A model generated the notes under the pieces. It had not been told where the DNA came from, did no database searches, and saw only the letters and a list, made by a program, of their open reading frames with translations. The position numbers were made by a program, and so were the translations under genes. 64,000 bases of DNA, from positions 412,964 to 476,963 of the forward strand of contig CAJFCJ010000026.1 of the NCBI GenBank assembly GCA_904063045.1, read 5' to 3'. The DNA is from Dimorphilus gyrociliatus (lineage: Eukaryota; Animalia; Annelida). Below, one piece after another: positions 1 through 11,027 of the stretch; within the stretch, counting starts at the first letter, position 1, and the number at the start of each line of letters is the position of its first letter.

Positions 1-703
1 TTGCTGGACATTAGGAATTTGTAAAAATGTGAAAAAAGAACTACTTTTTTCCAAACTTTAACACTTTTCAAAATGACATATAGAGTGGTTCCTGGTTTTC
101 TTAGTAACAAAAAAAATTTTTAAATTAATGTAAAGGTGTGGTTTTAGTTCACACTTTTTAACGAATTGATGTAGTATTTTTGAATTGGATTATATTTTTT
201 GCTGTAAATAGTCTGGTTCCTGATCAACAATTTGAAAATCATGACAGAAATTCCAGAAATTAGACTATATTTTTAATATGTCCATTTTAAAATGTATTTT
301 CTAATTTGTTCCTTTCAGTGTAGTATAATAGTATATTGTAGTGTGGTTTCTGTCCCAAAAAGAAAACCACACAATATATTTTTTTAATATGGTTGCTGTC
401 CTTCTAAATTAATAGATGTTATAATATTAATATAAATATTTTCTCCCTTAAAAGTTATGAAAAATTATATAGAAGAAAGAATTTTAAAGGTGAAGGTTGA
501 GGAATTACTGAGCATAATCCGCATATATGCAAGCATTTTTTCACTTTTCCATATTTTTCAAGTGGTGCTTTTTTTTCGTGCGTGGCAACTAGTCTCATTT
601 GTATGTTACAGTTATAATATAGCTGATAAACTGTCCACAGAGATTTGTCATGTTTACTCCTCTATCTCTCTCTCTCTTTTATCAGAATAATAAAAGTTTT
701 GGT

Positions 704-731
704 CTAGAGGCGCTGAATTCAAGATGGCGAC
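704..731 (+). promoter_or_regulatory. CTCF-like (ctagaggcgctg) and YY1-like (aagatggcg) motifs
   Basis: Resemble CTCF core TAGRKGGCR (one base short) and YY1 AAGATGGCG, in a motif-free island. Confidence 0.35.
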
Positions 732-1527
732 ATTTGAAGACATCTACAAACATTTTTTTGTAGTTGAATGCTCCAAGAATGGAAAATTTTCAACAAAAAG
801 ACTTATGGTATCCCCTCCTATATGTTCAAGATTAGAAGAGTTGTATGATACTATTCAACTTGAATAATATGAATTAATTAATGAAAAAATAGGTCAACAT
901 CATCATTATTATTAATTCAACCTTATTTAGGTCAACAGAATTTTGTTCATAATACAAATAAAGTTTTCTTGGGAAAATAGGGAAGGAGAGAGAGAGAGAG
1001 AGAGGATAAAGAAGATTTTCATTTTTTTATTATTTTCTTTAAGTTTTCTTCTTCTAGGAGAAGAAATAATCAAATTAGTAAATGAGATTTAGTCCTATTC
1101 TCTTAATGATTAGAGAGGGCAAGATATTGAGTGCAGAGTAATAAGATCAACTTTTATCCATCTTTCTGCTAAAAAAAAAAGCAATGTATTTATTGCACTT
1201 TGCAAAAAAAAAAACAGGTACTCTTATGGACTAAAGTTTTCGTTTTAATCCTATCAGAAGTATGCTGACTCATTGTCAAATTTATTTCAATAGGTTAACG
1301 AAGCAGAACTCCAGTAAGGAAAATTCCAAATATGTGAAAGCAATGCTCATCGCATCGATTAATAGCAATGAATAGTTCGTCACTGAGAAAACTATCTTAT
1401 ATATAGTCCATCTCCAAGCCAATTGACCAATCAGCGAGCCGATTAGAATTTGTGAGTACTACTCAAAGAATTTTAGAGAGTACTATCAACTGGGCTATGA
1501 GTCATGAATTTTTTTCAGATTAATTAA

Positions 1528-1788
1528 TCACGTGACTAAAAAAATCCCACATTTTTGTTTACAAGTTATCGAAAATAAAATCACGTGACCTAAATCATCT
1601 TATAAGGAGCGAGATCTATAAGCAACACTTAGGTATTATAGATCTCGAATTTCATCAATGTGGGTAGACTTTTTAGTTTTGTTCTCCGAAGAATTTTTAT
1701 GACATTTTTTTTTTTATAAAAAAAAAGCATCATAAATTAAAGATATAAATTTTTTTCTTTTTTCAAAAAAAAAAAGTGATCACGTGAC
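1528..1788. promoter_or_regulatory. Cluster of three TCACGTGAC E-boxes
   Basis: tcacgtgac at 1528, 1581, 1780; CCAAT boxes just upstream (~1420-1432). Confidence 0.5.
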
Positions 1789-1874
1789 ACGCAAGTCTTA
1801 AAGCTTGGTTATCTTGTCAATTGGGTCGAATTTAAAAGACCAAAAAAGCATAGTTCGGTAATAAGATTGTAACA

Positions 1875-1949
1875 CGAAGCGGTTAATTAGAAGTCAAATA
1901 GAACTAATTAATTTTTTTAATTAGTTCATCTGACTTTGTAACCGCTTCG
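1875..1949. other. Imperfect ~75-nt hairpin (pre-miRNA-like or tiny MITE)
   Basis: cgaagcggtta..aagtca..gaactaattaa / ttttt loop / ttaattagttc..tgactt..taaccgcttcg. Confidence 0.55.
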
Positions 1950-4849
1950 ACTAATGAGTGACGAATGTTGTAAACTTTCACCTATTTATACAATTGAGCA
2001 CTGCAAAAAATTTTTTCCCATTTCTATAAATTACCAGTTTCCACTGAAATTGAGTAAATGTCAAAAAATTTTTAAAAATGTTTCCAATTTCACGGAGATG
2101 TCCATTAAAAAAATTTTTTTAATATTTTCATAATTAATTGTATAAGTTAATAACCATACCTTTTAAAAAGAATACAGTATTTTTCTGTGGGGGACAGGAA
2201 CCACTCTTCTCAATAAGAAAAGGACTTTTCAAATTTTTATAATTTTATTCTACAGTCACCTTTAATCCCAAACCACCAACCATACTAATTTGCCTACAGA
2301 TGTTTATCTTGTTTTTATAAATTATAATTGGAATAGGAACCATTCTAAAAAATATCTTCATTATCTTTTCTTTTTGAAGGAAACCAATTGTTAACATTTT
2401 CAAATCTGTTGTTTTTTGTTTGGATTGAGACAGCAACCACACTAATAATATTAAGTGTAGCTATTAGTATGAAAACTTTTTTTTGTCTTTGGAAAGACAA
2501 TATAATTGTTAATTTATAAAAGAACAAGAACCAGTCTTTAGGTATAGTCTTCTTTAAAATAGATTACATTCATAGGGTACTTTTCAAATGTATGGTTGTT
2601 TATAGACTTTTTGTAAGAGGGCATATAGAGAACCACTCTACTACGATAATAGGGAATTCTAGATAACAAAGATATTTGAAATTAATTTGAAATAAAATTT
2701 GCTTATCAAGTTGAAAAACCATGGATATTTTTTAAAATGAGTTGTTTTTGTGACGGCTGGAACCATACTATATGACTTTTTAAATGTTGAGTTTGTTATT
2801 TAGGAAAAATACAAGTTTTTTCAAATAGAACAGGGCACCACACTAAATCCAAATTTTGGTTAAACAATCTTTTTTTTAAATAGAAACTATAACAGACATT
2901 TTTAAATAGGTTGTTTGTCTGCTTTTTGTGGGGATAGAAACCATATTAGGATGTATATATATACAATAATATACTATAATAGAATATTTCTCCGGGAAAC
3001 CATACTAAATAATATTTTCGAGTATATCTTCCTTGAAAGATGCAAAAGCTTATCCGGATACTTTTTTAGAATTATAATTCAATTTGGGACGGGTAACCAC
3101 ACTATAACATATTGTAAGATTTTTTGACTTCAAAAGAGAAAGAAAACCATTTTTAAAAGCAGTCTTTAAAATAAAAGGAACAGAAACCACACTAAGAGAA
3201 ATTTTTAATGAATAATAGAGGAATTAATTTTCCCATTCATATGCATTGTAAAGTTTACTATAGTCTGGTTTCAGTGCTAATCGTTCTGCCAACATTATGA
3301 TATGAATAAGTGCCAGTCTATTTGTATTAGAAAATTTTAGAATAGAAAGTTAAAAATACAAAGAAAAAGGTCAAGGTTATTTCAGACAGGTTTCTTTTAA
3401 TGACATTTTTTATTGACCATGAACTTTGTTAGGCCTAAAATTCACCTACTTAACTCTTCCTATTCTAGCAATGTTTGTATGTTTATGAATTTATAGGAGT
3501 AGGAACCAGTCTTAAAAAATTTTGAATTATATGTAGGGGAACCACACTGAAAACTTTTCCTAAGTGTTAACCTAAACAATGTCCTCACTTTGTAAAATAA
3601 AAAGTACATTATTCATGCAATTGTATTTTAATGGTAAATGGACACAAACCAGCCTTTTAACATGGTTCTTTCTAGAAGATACTAGAAACGGAATCAACGC
3701 CATCTTTCAGAATTGGAACCATTAAAAATATTTATGTACTTAAAAAGTTATTAGACCAAAGACATTTTAGCATGGAGCAGGAACCATACCAAAAATATGT
3801 AATTTTTTATTACTTGTGTTGGTTAAGAAGATGATTGTAGTATGGTTCCGTATTCATCTTTCTAAAACAATTCCACACTATTTATTGCAACTGATCAAAT
3901 TATCATCATCATTATTCAACAATTATTATGATTTGATGGAACAAGAAACCATATCTTTTTTAAAAATTTAATTATCAATAGTTCATTTTTAGCCTATTTA
4001 GAAGCTAGAAATTTTAAACATTTTGGTAATTTGTTCAATGATTGCCCTTTTTGGTGTTTTTCAACAACCAAATGATGAATTCCTTCATTGATGACCACCA
4101 TTTTTTTGAATAGCCAAAGATATAATTATAATAAGATAATTTCCTTTTTTTAAGGGCTTCTCTGTTGGGAACAGTAACCATACTAAATACTTTGAAAGGC
4201 ATGTTGTATAGAAAGTAAAAAAATCTCTAAAATGTATTAGGATTTGTGGTTTGAAAAGGAAATACAAAATTCAAGTATTTAACTGTTAGCTTACACCTTC
4301 AATTCAGTTATTTGGTGGTGTTCAATCAGCAACCATACTAGGAAACAAAATCCTTTATTATCTAAATTAATTTATTTTGTAATGGACAGGAACCCGACTA
4401 AATACTTTTGAAATTTGTGATTGGTGATTTTTGTATGAAAACCACACTTTGACCAAAAAAAATCATTAAAAATTTTTAAACTACGCTTTTTTCTGTTAGG
4501 AAACAGGAACCATACTATAAAAAAATAAAATTTAAAACCTGTTGTTTATTGGATAAGAACCACACTAAAATATTATTTCAATGTGTTGTTTTTTTATTTT
4601 TACAAAAGAAGATATATTTTGAAATGTGTTTTTTCATACTTGAAAGGAACCATACTAAATTGATTTGCTTAAAAGGTTAAGGTTATTCTTGATAAGAACC
4701 ATACTAGAATACACAAAAAACGTTTTGTTAAGCAAAATGTGTTTTTATTTTCCATGGGACAGAAACCAGTCTGAAGAGTCTTTAAATTTTTTCTTTTGTA
4801 TCTTTGTCAACTTTCTTTTACAGACAATAACTTTTTAAAGATTTCAAAG

Positions 4850-5090
4850 GTCAGAACATGAAAATTGGTCTCTAAGTGCAATTCACAGAGTCCCTTCATA
4901 GTCATTCATCCATTTTCTGGGTATTTTATCATTAACAATAAATCTTCAGCAATTACTCTTCCAGATGACTTGATGATTTGACATAAAAAGCATATAGCCA
5001 ATAGTTGGTCCATATATCTTTAGCTTTTTGACTTCTACCAAAATATTCTTATCATTTTCAGTTTCACTTTCAAACATCCAATATGGCTGC
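4850..5090 (-). pseudogene. Possible FLYWCH/MULE transposase remnant
   Basis: Minus strand reads GRSQKAKDI...YAFYVK, like the GSQRGKDIL..GFAFNIK FLYWCH start of the other copies; frameshifted. Confidence 0.35.
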
Positions 5091-5886
5091 CAATACAAAA
5101 AGAAACCATACTAGAATGTATTTTAATTTAAGTGATGCTTTGGAAGGTGAACCACACTTTTCATTATAAAAGTTTTTTAGTTTTTTAGTATACTGTTTCC
5201 TTTTTAATGTTTTGTTATTAATGGAACACGAACCACTCTAGCTAACTTAATGAATGTGTTTTTTTTTTATGCAAACTGAAAAGTAATCTATTTTTGGGGC
5301 GGAATAAGAACCGTATTAATTTTTTCCTTCTTTAACCTTCACCTTCAGAAAATTAACCTTTTTATCATTTGGGAGATATTAGCAAATGTTGTAGATAAAC
5401 CGGAAGTAACAGCTGTTATATTGATGAATAAATATATAAATAGATACCTTCTGTTTATTATTTGTTTCGAAAAAATTTTGTATTATCGCTCATTACAAGT
5501 ACTAATATCTTTTTTATCGTGAATTGTGAATAAACGTTTCCTTATGACAAATTAAACAGTGGCATCTAGTTTTTATCTCCATCTTCCGTCCCCAAGTCCA
5601 CTTCATATCCTCCCTATTTTTTAAGCATTACTTTAATAACACATGAATAAACATGACCTAATTATCCTCATGAATAAACATTTAGAAAAAAAAATCTTTA
5701 TATAGCAATGATTTCACACGCGAATCTTTCACTTTGTCCTTGACAGCGTTACTATCAACATCACGTGTGTTTTTCTTAAGTAAGTAAATTATTTATTTTT
5801 TACTTTTAATACTATTGTTATTATTGGCGGCCATATTTGACAGTAACTTATTATCTAATTTTTTTTTTTTTACTGTTTTCAAAGCA

Positions 5887-6245
5887 ATGACGCCGCCAAC
5901 ATCCGTTAAAAAATTAAAGCATAAAAAAACAAAAATCTGCTCTGTTTGCCATCGCAAAAGTAAGTATTTTTTTTTTGTGCATAAATTATAATAAATTTGA
6001 ATATATTTGTTTTTTTTTTTTCTTCAACAGAGTTATTCAGAGCTAGATGTTATAGTTGTATTGAATTGTCAAATAAATTCTGTTTAGTAACATTAAAGGA
6101 TATCATTCAAGATGATCCTTTGGTTAAATCAGCTCTAAATTGTAAATATAGTAAAAAAACTTGTTATTCAAGTATTATTATATGTAAAATAATTTTCATC
6201 TCTATTATCGCTCTTGTTTTTATTTATCTACTCTTTTATTATTAA
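5887..6245 (+). CDS. Putative small spliced zinc-finger protein (CxxC-x10-CxxC), ~95 aa
   Basis: ATG 5887; exon 1 5887-5959; GTAAG..CAG intron 5960-6030 (71 nt) joins in frame to the 5997-6245 ORF: MTPPTSVKKLKHKKTKICSVCHRKKLFRARCYSCIELSNKFCLVTLKDI...; AATAAA ~6302. Confidence 0.55.
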
Positions 6246-7088
6246 CTTTTGTATCTTGTATTTGTAATATTCTTTTAAATACAAGTGTAAAAAACTTTAT
6301 AAATAAACAGTTAAAATACAATCAATTACACTACTCTAAAAGTTTAATATCTAGTATCTTTTACTTTTTTCAATACCCGTTTTCACTTTCATTTTTCAAT
6401 TACTTCTTTATTCAAATATTGATTATAAACTTATAGACCAATCAGTAAATAGATAAATCCTTATTTTTCCATGAATTTTTCCTCTTTATAAATAAACATC
6501 ACCTAATTATTTCATTTTCATGAATATTCATTACATATTGTTACTCACATTCCAGTAGGCAAATATTGAATCAGATGAGTGGCAATCAAAGAATAATATC
6601 ACAAATCAACCAAGCTCTAAATCTAGATCTCTTAACAGAAACTATGAATGAAGGCTCATTTGAGATGGAAGCCAAAGGGAGAAAGAACTACTTCCATCTG
6701 TAAATATGGGAAATGTTGCAAGGGTCATATATCTTGGTGATTGAAGAGCTATTATACTCCATGCTAACTAAAGAAAAGAATAGATAATAACACCTATGGA
6801 GTATAAATATAAAAAGTCTGGATTAATAATTCATCAACTAATATCCTTCCAAGCCTATAATTTTGGACAAAGTGATTCTTAATATATTTCACAGAGGTAA
6901 ATTTCTAAATACTTTTAAGCAGATTTTTGAAGAGGAACATTTTAATTTAATATGTTTTCTTTAATAGCAAATTATTTCAATTTTTGTCATAAATAAAATT
7001 TCAGCCATTTTGAATATTTGGAAAGGACATTGATTGATATCTGACAATTATTTTTAATAGTCAAGTGAATTTGTTCTGTTTTTATAAC

Positions 7089-8152
7089 ATGGCTTTGAAA
7101 TGTAATAATTGTGATTCAAAAATTTATGGAAGGCAAAAATATTTGAAATGCTGCCTTTGTGAGAATCTTATCCATAAAAAATGTACAGGTATATAAGTAT
7201 TTAATTATGTTTTAGATAATTATATTTTGTTAACATATTCACACAGAAACACCTAGCCTACCAGTTTGCACAACATGTAACAAAAGAAAATATACTGTTA
7301 GCCTTAAGAAGTTAACTAATCTGGAAATTGACCAATACCAAAAGAATAATAAGAAGAGCTTAAATGATAACAGAAGTGATCCTGATGAATTTAAAGATTC
7401 AACTTTGGAGCATGAAAATGCTGTAAATTCAGATAGCCACTCAATGGAGCTGGAATGTTTGGAAGAAGTTGAGGGAAATGCAAAAGATGATAGTGATTCA
7501 ATGAGAAAGAAGGATTTTGAGATTGTAAAGAGAGTGAGGAGAAAGGGACATGACATTTGTTGTTAAACATGAAAGACTTACAACTACAATTTGGGTGTGC
7601 AGTGTGAGAAATAAGAAGAAAAGATGAGTAAGACAAAATGATTAATGGCAATCTGCAACATAATCAAAAAAGAAGAGATAATTTAGAAGTAGATGTTAAA
7701 GTAAAAACAGATTTCAAAATTATTTCCAAAAGTGATAAGAAAACATTTGGAAGAAGCTTTGCTCAAAAAGTTCTTTTATCATATGAATTTTTGGTTTATC
7801 AATTAGAACCAATAATGACTGTGATGGATGGCATCAAAGAATGAACAGTAAGCTACCTGCCAAAGGATTTTTTACATACTTGTTGATGAGCTAAAGAATG
7901 AGGCTGAATTGATTGCAGTTTATGAGAAAATATTGTCAGAGAAAAGGGTTTATAAGCATCAAAAGAAAAAGTATATTGACATTCAAACACAAATTTTTGA
8001 TTTGTGGGATGATTTCAAATTAAACAAATTGACATCCATTGATTTATTAATGAAGACATCTCATATCTACTCTCCAGCATAAATATCATTTAGTAACCAA
8101 TCTTGTTCTTTAGTATAATATTTAGTACCCAGGTACATTCCCACCCGACCCC
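7089..8152 (+). mobile_element. Internally deleted PHD-FLYWCH-MULE pseudogene with right TIR-like end
   Basis: MALKCNNC..KCCLCENL(fs)YHKKCT, intron 7190-7246, ETPSLPVCTTC..YTVSLKKL, acidic linker, FLYWCH start (FEIVK..RKGHDI), MULE C-terminus (GWHQRMN...IFDLWDDFK..) ending ~8081; cccacccgacccc end at 8152 resembles the GGGGTC.GG TIR of the 45927 element. Confidence 0.8.
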
Positions 8153-8936
8153 AATGATCCTTTTGATTGTACTTTATTATTCATTCTATTGTGCCAGCCT
8201 TCCATACTATTATATAAGTCCTTATTGATAATCCAAATATTGATCAATTCAATGGTTTCCAGCAAGTCTGAAAATTTTCTCTTTTCTTCCAACTGACTCT
8301 TCAAGGTAAAAAATGTAGTAATAATATCTGCAGGTAGAAAAGGTAAAAATTGATCTTCAACTCTATCTCCTTTTGTCATCAAAAGTTTGGTATATGGATG
8401 GAACTTATAAAATTGTAAAACATCCTTCCAAACAGTTATTTTCTTTGCATTCATTATTGAAAAAAAAAGAAGTGAAACAGGTGCCCTTAATGTTTGCATT
8501 TATGACATCAAAGAAGAGGAAAGCTTGGAATTTTCTTATAAAACACATCTAAATACCTTTTTTAATACATTTCTTATGAGTCATTGTCAAAAAGTGCTCA
8601 ATTCTTTATACTTTATTCCAAACATTTTTTAATTGCATTTATAACAAAAGCCCATTATCTATCAACAACAAAAAGTGAATAACTAAACTTTGAGAATTTC
8701 TCTTATAGAAAGTATTTTAAAAAAACTATTCATTTGAAAGCAGCCCAGACAGGAAATCATAAGCAGGAAATAGTTGCTCAACAAAATGGAGGATCTTTCA
8801 TTGCATGATTTTTATAATCACAAAAGTTTAAATTAAATTTTAAATGCTAAAATATTCCATCATTTAAAAATGAAAGCATTGTCATCTGTTTGTCCTGAGT
8901 TTTCAATTAAAGGATGTGCCTATATACCTGTTGGTA
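8153..8936. mobile_element. Scrambled mosaic of sense and antisense MULE fragments
   Basis: Minus 8160-8430 gives ..MEGWHNRMNNKV; plus ~8440-8530 gives LFSLHSLLKKKEVKQVPLMFAFM; plus ~8870-8925 gives KALSSVCPEFSIKGC. Confidence 0.7.
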
Positions 8937-8938
8937 TA

Positions 8939-9620
8939 CAGCCGTGGTCATAAAAATCTATACATGGAAAAAAAAATTTTTTTTTTGGATTTCTTTTGAA
9001 AAACAGTCCCAAAAAAATGGCCAAAAATATTTATATAAATTTAATTATTTAGTTTGTCAAGGTTTTTTTTCTAAATTTTTGTGTTTTGTATCAGTTTAAG
9101 AGTTACTTTTTAATTCTATTTCCTCTATTGACAATAATTTGCCAAACTCTCTCCCCCATTCCTCTATAAAAATTTTTCAAAAAATCTCTATTGTTTGTGT
9201 TGATTTTGTCCTCCTCTTCCTGTATCCTGTCCCATTTATGGTCAAGGGTTTTCGGTGTTTGCATATCATAAACTTTGAGTTTTAAATAACCCCATAAATT
9301 CTCTATGGGGTTAAAGTCTGGAGAGTATGTAGGCCAATCAAGACCCTGAATTAAATTCTCCTCCAGGATATCCATTGTTACTCTGGCAGTGTGTGGTGGT
9401 GCATTATCCTGCTGCCAAATGAAATTTTCTCCAAATTTTTCCCTCAAAATTGGGAAAACTGTTCCCTTCAAAATGGGCAGATACTTTGCTCCATTTCTAT
9501 TTAGAATCCTTCGAATGGTTCTTTCAGAAAGATCCATTCTTAAGAAAAATTTTAGAAAAAAAGTAGAGCTACTAAAATCCAAAAAAGAAATTGTGGAGTC
9601 AATGTCAAATTGGGTATAAT
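8939..9620 (-). mobile_element. Truncated Tc1/mariner (IS630-Tc1) element with one TIR
   Basis: TA at 8937-8938 followed by Tc1-type end cagccgtggtcataaaaat; no partner TIR found. Confidence 0.75.
9103..9582 (-). CDS. Internally deleted Tc1-family DDE transposase ORF (159 aa)
   Basis: LSERTIRRILNRNG (HTH segment) fused to WQQDNAPPHT...DWPTYSPDFNPIENLWGYLK; first catalytic Asp region missing. Confidence 0.85.
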   Translation of the reverse strand: MDFSSSTFFLKFFLRMDLSERTIRRILNRNGAKYLPILKGTVFPILREKFGENFIWQQDNAPPHTARVTMDILEENLIQGLDWPTYSPDFNPIENLWGYLKLKVYDMQTPKTLDHKWDRIQEEEDKINTNNRDFLKNFYRGMGERVWQIIVNRGNRIKK

Positions 9621-11027
9621 TTTAAAAAATGTGCTATACATTTTAAAGGTGGAGCACTTTCAAATTAACAAAATTCTTGTTTTTCTATTGCCAATTTTTA
9701 ATATACTTCCTGTCTAGTAAAGAACCAAAGTTTCAAAATATGGTTCACTGGTCCACCCCAAAACAATAGCATATATTACAAAATTTTAGTGTGGCTCCTG
9801 TTCCAGAAAAATTCATGTTTTATGAAAAATCTATAAAAAATTTTTTCAACATGGTTCCCGTCATACAATCAAAAAATGTGGTTCCAGTCCTTAAAAATAT
9901 ATAGTTAAAAATTGCTTGTTAATAAATATATTTTATGTATTGTACCTTGGTTCCCTGTCCCAAAAAAACATTTATTATTACTGCTAGTATTTTTTTCATC
10001 TTTAAAAAGTATTTAATGTGGTTCCTGTCCACACACAAAAATTATACTTTTTTCTTCATTGTATTTTTTTTACAGAGAGATATGAATGACCAATTTATGT
10101 GTTTGAGTGATAATATGACAAACAAACTTCTTAATGCTGTTCTTTTCAAAAAAGAATTAAAGTGAGATTTTATTTTCTTTAACAAACAAACACAAATTAA
10201 AAGAAAACTTTATAATGAAAAAGGAGAAGAAAGGATTCATCATGTCAAAAAGATCTTCAAGGAATAGAAATGTCTGTATTTCAAGTTCAAAAGTTTAGTG
10301 TTAGCTTTTAGAGAGAGATACAGAAAAGACTGTTGATGTACAATTTTCACTTTTAGCACACTCACTCAATACACTTTATAAAAATACTTATAATTTTAAT
10401 GAATATTCAATACCTTTGTCAGTCTTCATGAATAAACATGAATTGTTTTTCATTCTATTGTCATTGATTAAGTGATAAAACAATGCACTATTATAGTACT
10501 TAGTATAATATATGTAATCAGAGATAATTTCACCTATTATTCATCAATTATAAAATTTGTCCCTATTATCTAATTATCTTTTATAAGGACTTCCGGTTTA
10601 TTATTACTGGTCCAAAGTCCAAGGAAATACAAGCAGAATAGCAACTCTTGCAAAAGAATTTAATTGCTATACTTTATACAACAAAACAACTTCTAGCTAA
10701 TAAACTAGTATGATTGTGTCATAACATTATTGAACAATACTTGAAAAAAAGTTAACATCATCATTCTCCCAATATTAATGTGATTGGAATAGGTACCAGT
10801 CTATATCTTTAAGACACCCTTACACAATTTTAAAATAGAAATTCAAACAGTAAAAAAAAAAGATATTAGTGTTTTTCTGTTGTAATGGAATATGGAACCT
10901 TACTAATATAACCCAATTAAAAACTAATATGAAAATATTTTGATTTGTTTTTAACTACTTAATACCAGGACTATAAAATTGACCTTCACCTTCAATAAAT
11001 GATTTTTTTAAAAATTTTTTAAATTTA

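Noticed and set aside
724-867. 47-aa ORF MATFEDIY... after AAGATGGCG
   Set aside because: Short, no recognisable domain or splice support
6560-6840. Possible decayed coding sequence (retroelement-like)
   Set aside because: Multiple stops and no diagnostic motif I can support
7239-7651. Minus-strand ORFs 7239-7556 and 7391-7651
   Set aside because: Antisense shadows of the plus-strand MULE pseudogene
9389-9619. Plus-strand 76-aa ORF
   Set aside because: Antisense to the Tc1 transposase
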